Positions 22,873 through 35,462 of a stretch of 64,000 nt of DNA are shown piece after piece (the stretch's first letter is position 1; each line of letters starts with the position of its first letter). The position numbers were made by a program, and so were the translations under genes. The notes beneath the pieces are model-generated. The model had not been told where the DNA came from, did no database searches, and saw nothing but the letters and a program-made list of their open reading frames with translations. The stretch is from Spizellomyces punctatus DAOM BR117 (taxonomy: Eukaryota): the NCBI GenBank assembly GCA_000182565.2, contig KQ257475.1. The stretch is one strand, 5' to 3'.

Positions 22873-23179
22873 TTTTTATACACGATAATCAGCGGTGGCG
22901 CAGTACTGTTGCCATAGCATCCATATAGGTCCATCCGGGTAGACGCGTGTCCATATCCCATCCATATCACGTGTCAGCTACTATTCCACGTGACTCTATA
23001 TTTGTCCGATTGGACAGACGCCAAGGGCGAGAAATTTGAGATTCGACGTGACAAATGACTTGTGCCCACAGCCCCAATGACCTGATCTTTTTGGTTAAGT
23101 AATACGGAAGTGGAAAATCTCCGCTTTCCTTCTTGTCCTTCTTTTTTTTGTTTTAGCCGTTCGTTTTGTTTTATAAAAG
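22873..23179. promoter_or_regulatory. Probable bidirectional promoter with two CACGTG E-boxes
   Basis: Minus-strand TATA 22873-22880, TCACGTG 22967-22973, CACGTGAC 22987-22994, ATTGG near 23009, plus-strand TATAAAA near 23172. Confidence 0.5.
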
Positions 23180-23273
23180 GACTGTATCGGTTTTGTCTTT
23201 CAGCATCAACCTACCACGTCAAGCACCTTAACAGCTTCCATTGACACCCCGCGCATACATACACACATTTGAC

Positions 23274-23630
23274 ATGTCCATGTTCTTTACTCGCCGCTCA
23301 CGGTCTCCCGTCCTCCCCCTCTTTTCATCATCATCATCCACATCACACTCGACATCATCATCACAAGAGCAAACCGCAGTGGAAATGGTGGACATGTCGT
23401 TTGTTCACAAATCACACACAGCTGGATACCTCTTGGAAGACGCTTCTCCTACTCCCGACACGGCTTCCGATGACTCGTTCCTCTCAACAACGAGTTCCTA
23501 CATGTCAGATATCCACGTTGACGAAATAGAGGATGGCCTCCCCAACGTCATTCGCGAAAGGTCGCTTCCTTCACCACCTTCGAAACGACGTGTAATACAG
23601 TCCCTCAAGGGTGTCTTTGGCATGATGTAG
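23274..23630 (+). CDS. Small Ser-rich/acidic hypothetical protein, 118 aa
   Basis: Single ORF about 100 bp downstream of TATAAAAG; followed by an AT-rich 3' region. Confidence 0.6.
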   Translation: MSMFFTRRSRSPVLPLFSSSSSTSHSTSSSQEQTAVEMVDMSFVHKSHTAGYLLEDASPTPDTASDDSFLSTTSSYMSDIHVDEIEDGLPNVIRERSLPSPPSKRRVIQSLKGVFGMM

Positions 23631-24193
23631 TTGTTAGTCATCTGGATGACGTTCAAGACATTTTGGGATGGATATGGGACGTGTACATATAATATCGGGT
23701 TTAGTATTAGTGGATTATAAGGCCAAAGTTTCAAAGTTCATTTTAATAGAGTGTATTGTCAAAGTATCAAAATGTCGCTGGCATGAAATATTTGGTTTGC
23801 ATCGTAATCTGCGGAGTTGAACACTGGTTGAACCGCTCCACCCTCCGTCTGTCATCACGTTTCGCCCATCACGGCGATCACGCAGCCCAAAGGTCGCTAA
23901 TTACGTAGCCGCAAGTTAGCTTGCCGTTTAGGCCGCTGTCGGGCCGACGTCCCCAAAAAAAAATAGGTTTCAAAGTTTTTTGGCGTCCAAGTTCCGTTCG
24001 GACCATTTTTATCCAAAGCGCAGCGGAAGTCAGCTGTAGCTCTCATGTGACCTGTGTCTTTCATTCTTCCATTTCTGGACTCAATGAGATCATGTGATCA
24101 GTTATGATTTTTTTTGGATAAGCTCACTTTGTCATTCTGAGTTGTTGATCGCTTGGAGGTTTTGGGCATTTTCACGAGCGGCATTTAACCATC

Positions 24194-26379
24194 ATGGCGG
24201 CAGATTCGGTGCAATACCATCTCGAACGGATGGTGCCCGAGTTGGAGGACCTCCAAGAACGCGGCTTCTTTACTGCTGTATGTCGTTGTTCTACCGTTTG
24301 AGTTTGTGACCAACTTGAATAACACCATGGCCCATTTTACACCAGGCGGAGATAAAGTCCATTGTCAAACAACGCACAGCACACGAGTACCGTATCCACC
24401 GTATCATTCCCCTCAAATCCGATTTTCTCCGCTATATTGCTTTTGAGGAAAATCTGGAGCGCCTGCGACGGAAACGAAAGCGACGAATGGGACAAGAAAA
24501 AGAGGCAGCAGCGCATGGAAAGCCTTCTGATCCCTCTGAGCCACCACAGAGCAGTTTATCTGACTATAGTATCATGCGGAGAATCCATGGGCTGTATGGA
24601 AAGATGCTGAAAAAGTTTAGCGGGGACACCTTACTGTGGGTTCAGTACTTTGATTGGTGCAGAAAAGTCAACAGCTCAAAGGCACTCGGGAAGAACTTTG
24701 CCAAAGCGATTCAGCTACATCCGACAAAAGCCACATTTTGGGTTATGGCTGCTGCATGGGAGTTTGAGCAGAATGCAAATATGACATCTGCACGTGTCTT
24801 ATTGCAACGGGGCCTGAGGATCAATCCGGAGAGCCAGAAACTGTGGTTGGAGTATTTCAAACTGGAATTGTTATGGATTGAAAAGATCAAGGAGAGGAGA
24901 AAGGTTCTCTTCAAGGATGGTGTACCTGGAGGGACGGCAGATGCCGGTCAAGATGACTCCAATGATGAGAGCAGCGAAGGAGTTACAGTTCCACAGCTCC
25001 AGGAAGAAGCACATCTCTCCGCTACATCACTTGAACGCGATCCGACCGTCTCATCATCGACCACCCAGTCCTCCGACACAGCCGCTCTCTTGAAACCCAC
25101 CCTCACTGCAATGCAACAGACCCTCCTTAACGTTCTCATTCCCCGTGCCGTTTACCGCAACGCCATCAAAACCATCCCAAAGGACTTGGACTTTCGTATC
25201 GCTTTTCTGGGCATTTACAAGGACTTTGGTGCCGAGACCCTGGCGGGACAAGAAGAAGTTTACGAGAGTTTACGTGAGGACTTTGGCCATCTCCCTGCAG
25301 CACAGCGTGTGTTGGCGGAGCGGCATGTTGATGGAGTTGATCCCACTGACCCGGCATATCCGGCTGCACTAAAAAAGGCTGTCCAAGCCTTCAATAGTGC
25401 TGTGGAGCAACTGCCATCGTCAGAGATGTGGGAGCGGTATGCAGACTTTTTGGCAACCTCGCTAACACGTGTTCAAGAAGAGAATCTGGTGCGTTTCTTT
25501 TGTAATTCGTTTATGGATGACATACCAAACTCACGTTGTTCTTATAGACAAAATACCTCACCCACCTCCTCCTGAAATCCATCACCCACGCCCACACTCA
25601 CCACTTCGCCACTGAACGCATGTATCTCACCTGGGCAAAACACTCTGCGCCATTACCCGTCCTCCAAGCCGCTCTTGAACGCCTCCCCGGTAGCGCCCAA
25701 TTATGGATATCCATCATTTCGCACAGTAAGGACGAAGCCAAACAAGAACTCTACGAAAAGGCTATTAAAGCCGTCCAAAAAGATGAACAACACGTCATTT
25801 GGACGGCTTACTTGCAGTCGCTGACTCAACACTGGGCTCCTCCCGTCACGGCCGACTCTGACGCTCCCGACTCGTTTTCCTCCATCTCAAACCAATTCAC
25901 AAGAGCCCTCTCTATCCTCTCTTCTACTCCCCACGAAGACACGATTCTATCCCTTTACCTCCATTTCGCACGAACAGCGGGATTAGGACGTCTTCGAAGT
26001 GTTTACGACCGTCTTATCGGCACAAAAACTCGCAGCACGTCATTTTATAGGACCTGCATCGCGATGGAAACGGAGGGTGCTAAACGGCCAGTGTCTGTTG
26101 ATATGGACATGGTGCGGAGGGTGCGGAGGCTATGGGAAGGTGCACTGAGTTCCAATGTGTCCAATATAGGTAAGTCCTTTGCTAATGTCTATGCATGGGA
26201 TAGAGTACTCATGGAATGTGTGCGTATCTACAGATACGTGGCTAGATTACATTCATTTTGAAATGACCGTCCCAAAGGACTTTGATCGTGCGGCTCAGTT
26301 GTATTGGAAAGCTAACAAATGTGTTAGTGATCAGGAAGAGTTTGTGAGACGGTACGAGGAAATGAAGGGCGGTTTGTGA
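24194..26379 (+). CDS. UTP6: U3 snoRNA-associated protein 6 (HAT repeats)
   Basis: MAADSVQYHLERMVPELEDL, EIKSIVKQRTAHEY, AAAWEFE, ARVLLQRGLRINP, LWLEYFKLEL; first intron 24278-24345 plus two later introns. Confidence 0.92.
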
Positions 26380-27392
26380 ATTGCGTCTTTAATATACTTG
26401 AGCGATTGTACCTGCACGTCGTGTTGCGAATTTGGTGCGGATCCGTGCGTCGTCCCAAAGATGCTTTTCTAAAAGTAAGATCCATGCGCTGCTTCATTGC
26501 TACAAGGTGGCACTGACCAACACATTTGATAATGTACAAAAACCATACTACGTTTCCTGACATCTACTTGCGATGCAGTTGTCCTGCGGGTTTTTGGTGT
26601 TTATATTGCGTGAATGACAAAATGATTTTGTCGTATTTGAACATGTCACTACTGCTGTCGTGACTTTTGCCGTGCGCAGGACGGAGGTGGAAACACTTTG
26701 TCCTGTCACGGCTTTAGCACGCTGTCCGTCTTGGAGAGAGATCATTGGCGTGAGGCATTGCGTTCCAAACTGCGCAGTTCTTGTCATTCGTGTCAAACAG
26801 ACTTGGGCAGTTTTCAACAAATGCTCCATTGCTGGCCATTCCAACAACTGTCTTCCCTGCTGCTCTTCCCTGCTGCTCTTCCCAATGCAGTTTGTTGACA
26901 AAGAAATAAAAAAAAGAAACTCGTCGAAACCTCGAGATCTTTTACAAATGCAAGTTGCCAACCAATCAAAATGACAAAAAACGCGCGTCGAACCTTCTGG
27001 CTTGCTTGCAGGACTTGGAGGTTTTTTTTTATTATCCGCATTTCAAACGACGAGATTCTGCGCAATCTTGTAGCGGGTGACGGGTTTACATTTTCGTATT
27101 TGTTATTTGGAGGCTGTTTGCGTTGTCGTTGTCGTTCGTCATTTATTGAGGTGCTTTTACTTGGTGAGTTGCAGGTGAATGGAGAGCGGGCGTTGCTAGG
27201 GCAAAAAGTTGGAGTTTCGCTGGAGTGTCTATTTTTTCCAGCCAATCGCAACTAGATTGACTTGATCTGTTGTGGATACTGATTGTCAATTCTCTTCCTG
27301 GCACCAACAGAGTACGTTTTGGGACACCACATTCCCCACACACAAAACAACCACACGAATCCCCACATCCTACTGCGCAACAACCGTTTGCC

Positions 27393-28733
27393 ATGGTCAA
27401 GGACACAAAATACTACGACCTTTTAGAGGTTGCTCCGGGCGCTTCAGAATCAGAGCTTAAAAAGGCTTACAGAAAGCTCGCTCTGAAATACCACCCAGAC
27501 AAGAACCCGGATGCCGGAGACAAGTTCAAAGACATTTCCCACGCCTACGAGGTTCTCTCCGACCCGCAAAAACGTGAAGTGTACGACCGATACGGTGAAG
27601 AAGGTCTTCAGGGCGAGGGAGCCGGTGGTGGCATGTCACCCGAGGACCTCTTTTCCCACCTCTTTGGCGGCGGTGGATTCTTTGGTGGAGGCGGTGGCAG
27701 GTCTCGTCCTTCCGGTCCTCGCAAGGGAAAAGACATGGCCCACGCACTTAAAGTCTCCCTAGAAGACCTGTACAAGGGCAAGGTGTCGAAATTGGCATTA
27801 CAGAAGCAAGTTATCTGCCAAAAGTGTGATGGAAAGGGCGGAAAGGAAGGAGCGGTCAGGCAGTGTACAACATGTGCTGGACGGGGTGTCAAGATTATTA
27901 TGAGGCAAATTGGACCTATGATTCAGCAAATGCAACAGACGTGTCCAGATTGTCAAGGAGAGGGTGAGGTGATCAACGCAAAAGACCGTTGTAAGGGATG
28001 TAATGGAAAGAAGGTGATTGCAGAGCGCAAGGTATGTTTTGTCGAGAAGAGGCCAACTTTCCAAACATCCATTCACATGCCCCTCTTTAGATCCTCGAAG
28101 TCTACATTGACAAGGGCATGCAAGACGGCCAAAAAATAACTTTTACCGGTGAAGGTGACCAAGCACCTGGCATCATTCCTGGCGACGTGATCATCGTCAT
28201 TGAAGAGAAGGAGCACCCCCGCTTCAAACGCAAGGGAGATGACTTGTACTATGAGGCCAAGATTGATTTGTTGACGGCATTAGCGGGTGGACAGTTTGTG
28301 ATTAACCATTTGGACGACCGGGCCCTTCTCGTGAATATCTTACCTGGTGAAGTCATTAAACCTGGGGACGTGAAGGCTGTTTCTGGAGAGGGTATGCCAG
28401 GGTACGTATCATGTGTTTATGACTTAAACCCTATTTTCTGTAAACTTATTCATACTGTTTAGGTACAAACGTCCCTTTGACAAGGGCAACCTGTACGTCA
28501 AATTCGACATCAACTTCCCACCCCCCAACTGGGCCGACCAGTCCAAGCTCGCTCTCCTGGAAAATGCCCTCCCGACCCGTCAACCCCTTCCCCCCGTCAA
28601 GGGCAAAGAGGTCGAAGAAGTTGTCTTGTCGACCGTGGATCCGATGCAGCAATCGAGGGCGCACATGAATGGTTCTGGAGAGGACGAGGAAGAGGAAGGA
28701 CATGGACCTAGTGTACAGTGTGCTCAGCAATAA
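27393..28733 (+). CDS. YDJ1: Type I Hsp40/DnaJ co-chaperone
   Basis: [10 protein letters not shown]-domain with HPD, G/F region, four CxxCxGxG-type repeats, C-terminal CAQQ prenylation box; two introns. Confidence 0.96.
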
Positions 28734-30116
28734 GAATGTATGATAATGCGTATGTGGATGGGTGGAGTGTATGGGTGTGCTTGGGGCGTTTATTTTTTTG
28801 ATATATGTAGAGCTCTTTTTGCATATGATGCGAGTACATTTGCTCATGTGTTACTGTTGCATGATTTGTGGTACAAGGTTTTATCTGTGCAGTGATGGAT
28901 CCTGCCGTCTGAGTTGGGTGACATCAAGATCTCTTATGAAAGTTGGTTAAATGGGTGGTATGGTTGTTGATGATCGTGCCCTTTGTTGCCTTACGTCGCG
29001 CCATCTATCCGCTCAATAATTCACCAACAGGAACCAAGCTGACACAGACGAGTGCACATGTCAGTGTACATCGACATTCGAGCGAGAGAATATAAACAAA
29101 TGGATTGCCGTGTTGGGACGTGACGTTGGAGTGCGAATGTTGACTGGTTTGGAAATGGTGGGTGGTGTTGGGCATAAGTAAGACTTGTGTAAGAGTCTAT
29201 CAAGGAATTGACTGGATTGTAGCGTTCAATGATCGAAATCTATCTATTGCAATGTACAAATGTTTCTTGCCAATATTGGGAGTTATTGACTCTCACATTT
29301 GATAAATGACTGTTTATTTATTGTCAAACACATCTGCAATCGTCACTACGGTTTAGACCGTCTTATCATCCTCTTTTTCCTGTGGATACTGGGTCCACGG
29401 GAGCATAAGCGGTCCCTGTATTCGCCACGCAAATAGGTAGCTTCTGCAAAACTGTCGTTGGGACACTGGACTGCTATTTTGCGGAACTGTCATGTCCGTC
29501 AGTGAAATGTAACGGAGACCGTAAGCCCCCGGGTACGTCGAGTTCCTTTACTAAAATGAAAAAGTCATACAATCCGCTAGAGTTGGTTCATCTCGTCTCA
29601 TAGAAGCGGTAGAATGGTGGTTATCTAGCATGGGAAAGTCGTTAGATATTCATACGTTTCTTTATTTCATTGTTGGCCTCAGGTTTTCAAAAGATCTATG
29701 ATGTGAATAAAGTTGGGGCAGAAGACCATCTAACTGACAAAGCTGCTGTAAACAATTAGAAATGAATGCAGTCTTTTTAGATGGGCAAGGTTGGTGTCAA
29801 GTTTTCGACTGTCGACTGGCGACGAAGAATTACGAGTTTTATTCTAAATCTTGAGGAGGAATTTGAGATATCCTTCGAGGGCTCCTAAACTCCCCGTTCA
29901 GATTACTGATGGGCGCCAGAAAGGACGTCTCACCGTAAATATCGTCGTCCTGTCCGGTTCGGCTAATAGAAAACCTTTTTGTTTGGAATGATAATACTTC
30001 AAACAAAATTCCTAGTGAGCTGCTGGACACGCCGAACCGTCCCGACAGTCTTGCCAAAATCAGCTCAACACCCAAAACCCCAAACCAAAAGCATCCAGTC
30101 ATTCCACCTCCAAAAT

Positions 30117-30624
30117 CTATGGAAATAATTTACAACACCCCACCAACCTCTTCAACGGAAAACACTTTACAACAAAACATTCCGGCTTTAATGCTTTTTC
30201 ATACACCTCAATCAGTTCCACCACATCCCCAACAGGCCTGGATCCCGAGACGTCCACAAAAATCTTGGTGGGCCGGACACCCAGTTTAAGGATCGCGCGC
30301 ACATCAAAGGCGTCGAGATTGTGGAAATGGAGATTAGGGAGGTGCGCGAAGCGGGTTTTGGAGATTTGGTGTTGAACAGGGGATTTATCTATTCCGTAAA
30401 CCTTTTTGGTAACTTTAGTATGAGTGTTGGCAAGAGTCTTCAAGTATATTTGCCGTACACACCTCGACAGCTTTTTGGGCCAACAAGGATGCCGTGACGC
30501 CTTGGGCTGAGCCGAGTTCGAGGACGGTATCCGTGGGCGTGACATAGACGTCAATAGCCTTTCGGTATTCATCCACGTTCTCTGTTACGATAATGGGAAC
30601 GCCTGTAAGGTCATGTTTGGTCAT
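30117..30624 (-). CDS. Small class I SAM-dependent methyltransferase-like protein
   Basis: VLELGSAQG motif I, VYGIDKS, LDAFD; one intron near 30403-30462. Confidence 0.75.
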
Positions 30625-31038
30625 GCCGCGGCGAACCAAGATGGTTGCTAGATGCTCTTGTTGAGAACGACCGTAGCATTTGCTTGTGTTGGATGACTGT
30701 GCCACTGATCGGTGGTGAAGTTGAGTTTGGTAAGCGATGGTCGCCTTTCACTAGTTCAAGGTCTCTGGTTGGTGTCGACGCAGCCAGATACAGAAAAAAA
30801 GCCATCCGCACGATGGTTTACGATTATGCTCCAGTTCAACAGATAAAAATGATATGATATTCAAATCTACGCAGACAGACAGTATGTGAACTTCAGGTTA
30901 ACAAAAAACTAAACTTTCAAAGTTCTAGACATCGAACAAAATGAAATACATGAAAAACATGAAAAGAAAACTCCTGAAACTAACGGTAAAGCACAGATAT
31001 CACTCCAATAGCACATAGCAATTGTAACATGTCCCATC

Positions 31039-32579
31039 TTATTCTTCATCTTCATCATCGTATGGTTGACCGATTGGTGATGTTTGGTTTGTCCCTGCAC
31101 CAACAGGTCCAAGGGTCTTGATTGTAGCAGCTCCACCAATTGTCGGTGCAAGATTCCTGCATACTCCTGCATCAAAGTCACAGCCAATTTTGCCTTTAAG
31201 TGCATTCTTAAATGTTTCGAGAGGGCAAACCTCACTGGGGCATCCAGGGACAACGACAGGGACTTCATCAGAGAGTACGCGGACATTGTAGCTGTTGTCG
31301 GCGCATTTGTTGAGCTCAAAGATGACATTCCCAGCAAAGGGAGAAAATGTTTTCCCATTGAATGCGCGGGAGAGGATCTGTTCGTCCGTAGCGTTCCCGG
31401 CGAGCCGATCACCCTTGAAGAGACCCAAGGTGGTAATGATGGGTGCAATCGTCTCGGCGTGCGCGAATTTAAAGATACCCTTGGCAGCATCAGCTGCATT
31501 GGAAACGATTTTATCCATGTTGTTGGAGACGGTTGTAACGAGGGAACAAGCCAACTGTTCGTTAATCGGAATTTCGTATCCTTTAACAAAATTGAACCCC
31601 AAGTCTTCAGCAAAATCGGCCATGATGAATTCATCGGGACGGAATAGGGAGCAGAACCCGTCTATTTTGCCCTGGATCGTGTTTTCGAATGCACAGAGTT
31701 TGAAGAGGTTGGTAATATCTTGTTCGTCCAAGCCTTTCAACTGATAGTCGTTCGCCAAGCGTAGAATAATAGCGGGGTATCGAGCTGACTTAAACTGGGT
31801 GTCAGGTTGTTGTAGATATTTTTGGGTATTCTTGGCGTCCACGTAGTTTTTGCAGGCTTCATGCGGACGGAGATCGGCATCAAGTTCTTTAGGGACAATA
31901 GCGTTTTTAAGGGCGGTTATTGCGGTGTCAACATTCGGCTCGTCCACCATTCCCCTGATAAAGGACTGACCACTCGCAATGGAGCGGGAAACATTCGTAG
32001 AGGCCCATTGCAAAGTTTTCGGGTCGGCAAGGATAGCTTGGTAGCGTTGTTTGATGCGCTTGGCAAGGTCAACGTGGTCTTGTACGCCTTGGGTGGTCAA
32101 TAACCCCGCCACGGTGTCGCTCCATGGGAGTTGAAAGTTGCTCAGGAATGCCAGCTTGGGATCAACTGGAACGTAGGATTTGAGCTTATCAAGGGTAGAA
32201 GTGAATTTCTTCAAGTCCCCTATGGGTTTGGCGGCGTTAGAGCAGTCTCAATGATATCTCAATAAACGTAAAAACCCTTACCCTTAGTGGGATTCCTCGT
32301 CCCATGTCGCGCCACGAGTTGAACCTGAACCGTTGTGCAGGTTCCCTCCCCAGCCCTGCGGTACTTTGTTCGCGGCTTTGGCGCGTTCGAATAAGTAGAG
32401 ACGACGCTCCCAACGTCCGGAATATTGTAGGGAGACTTTGTACTAATGGCATGGTCCAGCGATGGCTTTGCCAGAATCGGGAGCGTGTTATCAATGATTG
32501 GGTCAGGGATTGCACCAAAGGAGGTTGCCACCAGGCCCATGGTGAGTCCAACGATGGAGAGATGATTGAGTTGAGGCAT
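31039..32579 (-). CDS. Secreted histidine acid phosphatase (phytase/MINPP1-like)
   Basis: Signal-like N-terminus, RHGTRNP, FAHAET, SPFAGN; intron 32220-32281. Confidence 0.92.
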
Positions 32580-35462
32580 TCTATGAGTTCTATGAGATCT
32601 ATGGGGAGTCTATTGGGGGAGTCTATATATCTAAGTTCTTTGCCTTTCGCTTGACGGCTAGAAAGTGGGAGGAGAACATCCCGGTTATTTATATTCCTGC
32701 AAAACTTGTTCATTGCAATGAAAACTCATAAAGAATATTTGAGTAGACTCCCCGAGTAGGATTTTTTTTTTTAGTTTTTTGGTTAAGTGGACTAGAGCAG
32801 GACGACTCAAAGTTGAGCATCAAAGTTGGAAGCCTACCCTTCAACCACCGACAAGAAGGCTCCTATTCGTTTGGCCGTGTTCCTGAATTGGATGTCCGTA
32901 CCCAAATAGACAATGTTTCAACGATACCCTCCTTGTCCAGATGGAATGCGCAAGTCGAAATTCAGATGAACGTAGCTCTTCATGAAACAAGCACGACTAC
33001 CAGTTAAGCGAATGTTCTCCGGAGCGTTCCCATAAGTCATTTTTTTGTCGCCTACTCTTTTTTGCTGGTGGGTTTGGCATAAGAAAGGTCTGTTTCGGGT
33101 CGCTAGTCACCACGACGTGAGCGATTTCCACGCGAATGTTTCAAGGCCCGGTCTTGGTTTCGTTTTAGCTTGACGTATTGAGACCAAAACCCCAACTCAA
33201 CAACGAGCTGCAGAGAGGGTTCCCCATGAAGCAAGTCTCGAACATCAAGTCTCCTTGGGAATAGAGTAGCTATTGGAAAAGAATTATTCCACAAGCACCA
33301 ACATTCCACAGCAAAAAGTCAGGGTAGTTTGAAAAACGACTAGGTTTCTGGGAAATTAAAGTTATGTACCATGTAATTGGAGTGTAAAAATCAGATCTGC
33401 CCAGAGTCAAAGTTTTTTAAAGTTTGAAAAGTGTCCAGTGCTGACACACATGCACTGGTAGCCAATGATGCTCGATAAAGCTCTTGAATGCACGGCAATG
33501 TTTCCACTCAACTGCATCAAAGTTGGGGTCTCTAGCCGACATATACATTTACAATGCAAACCTCATTCGTCAGGGTGCTCCCAATGCCCCCAGGCAATGA
33601 CTTGCACACAGCTAAAAGAAAAATAGTCTTCCAGACCTTATCCACTCAGAATGCCCACCATCAGTTACACCATGGTGCAGGTTGAGTAATGCTGGGCATG
33701 GTAGTAATATGCAATACGCTTCCCCGTCCCCTTGAGATCTTTTCAAAATTTTAATGGATGAATCGACGTTGTGCTGCTTGTCTGTAAGCTTGGATGAGAG
33801 GTCCCAGCTTCATCAACATTTCCACACCTCATTTTAAGGTTTCAAGCCAACTGTTATGGTTGACATGATATCCTGCGAAGGACATAGATGCTACAATACT
33901 CCAACTCGATCCTACCACCATTTTTTCGCACTCCAAGTCTAGGCCAGTTGCTTTTGACTAGCTGCATTTTGGGTCATGTAATGCTTGCAGAGTACGTAAG
34001 CATCTCACGTGGAATACGATATCCACCCCGCGCCGAACGTTCCATGCCAAGCGTGCTGTGTAAGACCCATCTTGGCACATTTCCACACACAACATTGCCT
34101 TTGTTGACTCTCTCCGATCTACCATCCGAGTACCGTTGTCGCCCACCTACAGCAGTCTATATCGTCTGGGTTTTGCCTTTGTGTTTTTGCTTTTCGGATT
34201 TATCTTTTATCACTGCAACTTGCGAGTGAAACATGTCTCTTGGGTCGGAAATCAAGAGTGGAAAGTTTACAATTTATGCCCAATGGTATGCTATCTTTGA
34301 ACTGAAGGGCTTACGGAGGGATATTTTGGGTGGAGGATATGCCTGCATAAAGGAGTCTGTACGGAAATAGCGGAGCGCTTTGGTCGTCAATACACCAAAA
34401 ATGTTGATTCTGGAGAAATGGATATAATCATTTTACTCACCTGTCGTCTTTTGTTCCTATTCAGGGCCGCTATTTTATCAGTTATCTGTAAGTATCTTTT
34501 GTACATTCGCACTGCGTTCACTGTTGCAACTAGCTCATTTTATTTGCCTCAGTCCTGATCGTATTTAGCATCACAAATTTCATCTCTGTGCTTCCCTTTG
34601 CAATCATCTCATGGTATGCAGGTTTCATTTATATTCTTGTAGCTGAAACTCAGTATCGGTTTGTCGATGGATAGGGTGGAAGCATTCTTCATGATTTGGC
34701 TCGAAATCCCTTTGTTGACGGTTTGTTTGCCAGGCGGTCCAAAGATGTAAGCATGTGTTTTGGTCAAGTGGCCCTTTGATTCTGTTGTTGACAATGCTTT
34801 GAAGTGAGTCTTTTAAACAATTCTTTGCCAACACTCTGTTCCGATCGGCTCTTTACGCGGTGTAAGTACTGGTCTCCCCTCTTAATGTTAAATCTTAATG
34901 AATTTTACAAACGCCCCTTGCCAATTACCAGGTTCGCGGTTCTCATCTGGCTATCGATCCTTATGCAAGCTACCTCGTTACTTACCGCAGCCATTACCCT
35001 AACACTGACATGTGTTTTCTATCGTAAGCTCTCGTGTCTCTCTTCATTACCCTCAGTCATCCCCTTACACCTCTCCTTTCACAGTGATCAGCGTGTTCAA
35101 AAAGGAAGAATTGGAGCGAAGTGGTGTGACAGGTGGTCAAGGTGTTGCTTCGGCAGCAGCCATGGGGCGAGTGTAGAGGCGCATGGACATGCTTTGAAAG
35201 ACGGGATACATGAGAAGAACGTCACGGAATCCAGTGGAAAGTTACGATATCTGCACATGAAGAGTAGATAGTGAATAATGTGCTAGATGAAATCTTACAC
35301 AAGAGTGCTGTGTGTCGTCACCGCAAGGGATGTCTGCCTGGAGAGCTTGTACATTTTGCAAACAACGCATAGGATATATCTGTATTATTAAATACCCATC
35401 TATCCATATCAATTGCTGATCAGTGTAGGTGCCCCGTTTTCGCTCAGCCAGCTTCATCCCAT

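Noticed and set aside
26985-27001. Heat-shock element upstream of YDJ1 (GAACCTTC)
   Set aside because: Only two nGAAn units; expected by chance.
32800-35400. Long intergenic region as possible ncRNA or telomerase RNA locus
   Set aside because: No template-length telomere match, tRNA or other recognisable structure seen.
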